Source of the DNA: Squalus acanthias
Lineage: Eukaryota
Length of the DNA stretch: 64,000 nucleotides
NCBI GenBank assembly: GCA_030390025.1
Contig: CM059433.1
Coordinates: forward strand, 23,252,001-23,316,000
Direction of reading: 5' to 3'
The notes beneath the pieces were generated by a model, which was not told the DNA's origin, did not search any database, and saw only the letters and a list, made by a program, of their open reading frames with translations. The translations under genes and the position numbers were made by a program. Below, in pieces: positions 61,001 to 64,000 of the stretch; the first letter of the stretch is position 1; every line of letters starts with the position of its first letter.

Positions 61001-61210
61001 GCCCATTTTTTACAACTGACATAAACAATTTCACCCCCGATATGTCGAATTAACTCTAATGTTGGTTGGAAATCTTCAGTTGAGTAGCTTAATCGGTTAA
61101 AGAAATGCTTCACTGAATTTCAAGTTACTTCCAGCTGGCTTGGATGAGTAGCCACCTGGAATCGACAGGTATTTCACATTTTTAGCAGAGTGTTCCTGAT
61201 AACCCAGCAC

Positions 61211-61380
61211 AGATGCATTTAAGGGGAAGCTAGATAAACACATGAGGGAGAAAGGAATAGAAGGATATGTTGATGGGGTGAGATGAAGAGGGGTGGGAGG
61301 AGGCTCGTGTGGAGCATAAACACCGGCATGGACCAGTTGAGCCGAATGGCCTGTTTCTATGCTGTAAATACGATGTACTA
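61211..61380 (+). mobile_element. CR1 3' tail
   Basis: Similar to 35875-36005. Confidence 0.8.
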
Positions 61381-61674
61381 AGTAAGACTATGTAACCCTA
61401 ACATCCCAGCGTAATCAGGTGTGGGTTTCACTGTAAATAGCCTGTATTACACAAGGGACCAAAAGTCAAAAAACATGATAGAAGCAAACAAAGAAAACCA
61501 GCAAGCTCAGAGGAAGACAATTTTAAACTAAAAATAGAACAGGACCCTGCATACCTCAGAAACTAAGTTGTGAAAAGAAGCCCGAATTGTAACATTTACA
61601 TTTGTTTAATCAAAAAATAGTCCTGTATTTTCTTGCTTTTTTGTTTAACCCTTGGTCACAACTTGAAACTAAAA

Positions 61675-62085
61675 GGGTGATTTTAACCCTACCACTATGA
61701 CGGAAACCAGTCGGGCAGGCTGTTAAAATCAGCCCTGTGATGTACCTGCCAATATCCTGTACTGTTCCCGTTGTCTTCTATTTTAACCTGCTCATTCGAG
61801 CAGGCGGCGGCTAGGACGCCCGACTGATTTCAGTGAAATTCTTCTTTAAATATTCATGCTGGCCTGATGATGTGTAATCAGGCCCCGACTTCAATTTTAA
61901 CTGATCGTCTGACCTGGGAAGCTAGTGTGGCTTTCCCAGCAGGTGAAGACATGAGGATCTGGAGTCAGAAGAGGCCTAAGTAGGCAGGTTTTTAATTTTT
62001 TTTTACTTCTGCTCCTCCTGACCCCACAAGGAAAGTTTAGGCCTCCCCTGTTCCGAGTTCTGCCCCCCCCACCCTCCCCCCATCC
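61675..62085. mobile_element. Degenerate MITE arm
   Basis: GGGTGATTTTAAC start; CTCCTCCTGACCCCACAAGGAAA shared with 9830-9855. Confidence 0.5.
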
Positions 62086-62097
62086 TAAACATGAAAT

Positions 62098-63460
62098 CAA
62101 CAGCAACAACTACTTGTATTTATATAGCACCTTTAACGCAATAAAAACGTTCCAAGGTGCTTCACAGGAGCGTTATCAGACAAAATTTGACACATAAGGA
62201 GATAATGGGCCAAAAATTGATCCCGCTGCGCGAGAGTACGCACTGCGTACTCTCGCGTATTCTCTCTCCAATTGCCGGTTTTCTGCATGCCCTGCGCATG
62301 CGCTGAAAACCGGCACTTGGTCTTTGGAAAAGGGGGCGGTTCCTCGGTGCATCGCGTGCGCGCTACAGGCTGCGCGCACGCTGTGCACTTAGTGCTTTGG
62401 ACGCGCAGGTAAGGACGGAAGATTTTAGAAATGGAAAAAGGAGGAGTAAGACCCACTTTTAACAAGGTAAGTAGTGAATTAAGTATTTTTTTGAATATTT
62501 TTTAACAGGTATATCTTTTTTAGAGACTTTAAAGACAGGTAAGTTTATTTTTATAACTTTTTAAAAGATTTTAAATTTTTTCAAAAATTTAATTTTTTAT
62601 TTAAAATGGTTAATTTATTTAACTATACTTATTTTATTAATGTGATGGTTTTTTTTTTAATTTAATTGAGGTTTAGCTGTTATTTTGGGGGGGTGTAAGA
62701 TTCATAGCTTTCACAGCACTTATGTGAAACTTATGAATGGAAGATGGTGTGCTGCCATTGGCTCTAACTGAGTCACGTGATCCCACAGCTCGCACGAATT
62801 CACTACGCCGGTGGGATACGCAAGCACTGCCCAGCTGATGTCTGGAACATCAAGTTCGTGCGAGCTGGATCTGAAAAAGCCAACGCGGAGTGAGAGATCG
62901 CGCCTGCTCCTTACCCCCGCGGGAACAGAGCGAGATCAATTTCTGGGCCATTAGAACAGGCGACTAAAAGCTTGGTCAAAGAGGTAGGTTTAAAGGAGAG
63001 ACTTAAAGAAGCAGAGAGAGCTAGAGAGGTGGAAAGGTTTAGGGAGGGAATTCCAGAGCTGAGGGCCTTGGCAGCTAAAGGCACGGCCGCCAATAGTAAA
63101 GCGATGAAAATCAGGGACGCGCACGGGGCCAGCATTGGAGGAGCGCAGAGATCTCGGAGGGTAGTCGGGCTGGAGGAGGTTACAGAGATAGGGAGGGTCG
63201 AGGCCATGGCTGGATTTGAAAACAAGTTATGTGAATTTTAAAATCAAAGCGTTGCCGGACCAGGTCCCAGTGTAGGTCAGCAAGCATAGGGGTGATGGGT
63301 GAACGGGACTTGGTGCGAGTTAGGATACGGGCAGCAGAGTTTTGGATGAGCTCAAGTTTACGGAAAATGGGAGGCCGGCCAGGAGAGCATTAGAATAGTC
63401 GAGTCTGGAGGTAACAAAGGCGTGGATGAGGGTTACAGCAGCAGATGAGCTGAGGCAGGG
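62098..63460 (-). mobile_element. L2-clade LINE 3' fragment split by a MITE
   Basis: Colinear with 1200-1795. Confidence 0.88.
62207..62949. mobile_element. AT-rich-core MITE, diverged subfamily
   Basis: GGGCCAAAAATTGATC / GATCAATTTCTGGGCC; flanks AAT/ATT. Confidence 0.88.
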
Positions 63461-64000
63461 GCCTTGCGAAATTCATTCCACGCGACGTACCTTGTTGCAG
63501 GCAATCGTTCCTTCAATGCTGCTTGCCAGCCAGCTGCCGCCTCCTGCCCATTTCAAGCAGGCAACTCGCCTGTGGTATGCAGATGAAATCTGGGAATTTA
63601 AATCACCCAGGCCTCACGCTGCCGAGGACAAGGGGGTTTGGTGCACACCTTGCCCCCCGACCACCTGATTCCTGCTCCCGGTTAAAATTGGGCCTTAATT
63701 AATTCAAATGGTCAGTGTGCTACTGCATAATGAATAGAGACACATTAGTAGCTTGCACCATTGGGGAATATATTAAATATATTAAAAGCCATTTTCAAAA
63801 TGGCAAGTCAGAAACACAAACAAGGACTTTTAGCTACAAATTACTATTAGATTTCTGGGCAAAAAGTATTTTATGAAAGAAGACTACGATCTAAAAGGAG
63901 GGCAAAATAAATGTAGCAGACAGGAACTTTCTTTAGAGCGAAAGGAAATAAAGGCTACATTTTGCACTAGAAATTTAAACTATAGGAGTTAGGGGGCTAG

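Overview
Eukaryotic, repeat-dominated window with no host protein-coding gene I can support. The repeat types (CR1 LINEs with (TTCTATG)n-type tails, L2, RTE, Penelope-like elements, tRNA-headed SINEs, PIF/Harbinger transposons) suggest a cartilaginous fish such as a shark; this is inference. Most ORFs in the track are transposon fragments or spurious antisense frames. Main observations: (1) a Penelope-like family leaves near-perfect hairpin insertions with a 37-nt tail and 11-15 bp TSDs, and carries a minimal hammerhead-ribozyme-like motif whose stems covary between copies and between two families; (2) a single-ORF APE-RT LINE has a tRNA/SINE-like Pol III head, no ORF1 and no evident ATG; (3) a decay series of two-gene Harbinger transposons runs down to MITEs that keep both convergent promoter-like motifs, and one MITE family carries a conserved 15-nt microexon-like cassette; (4) a solo LTR with a 4-bp TSD; (5) multi-layer nesting. 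Boundaries of old, degenerate repeats are approximate, and family names come from motif recognition, not database searches.
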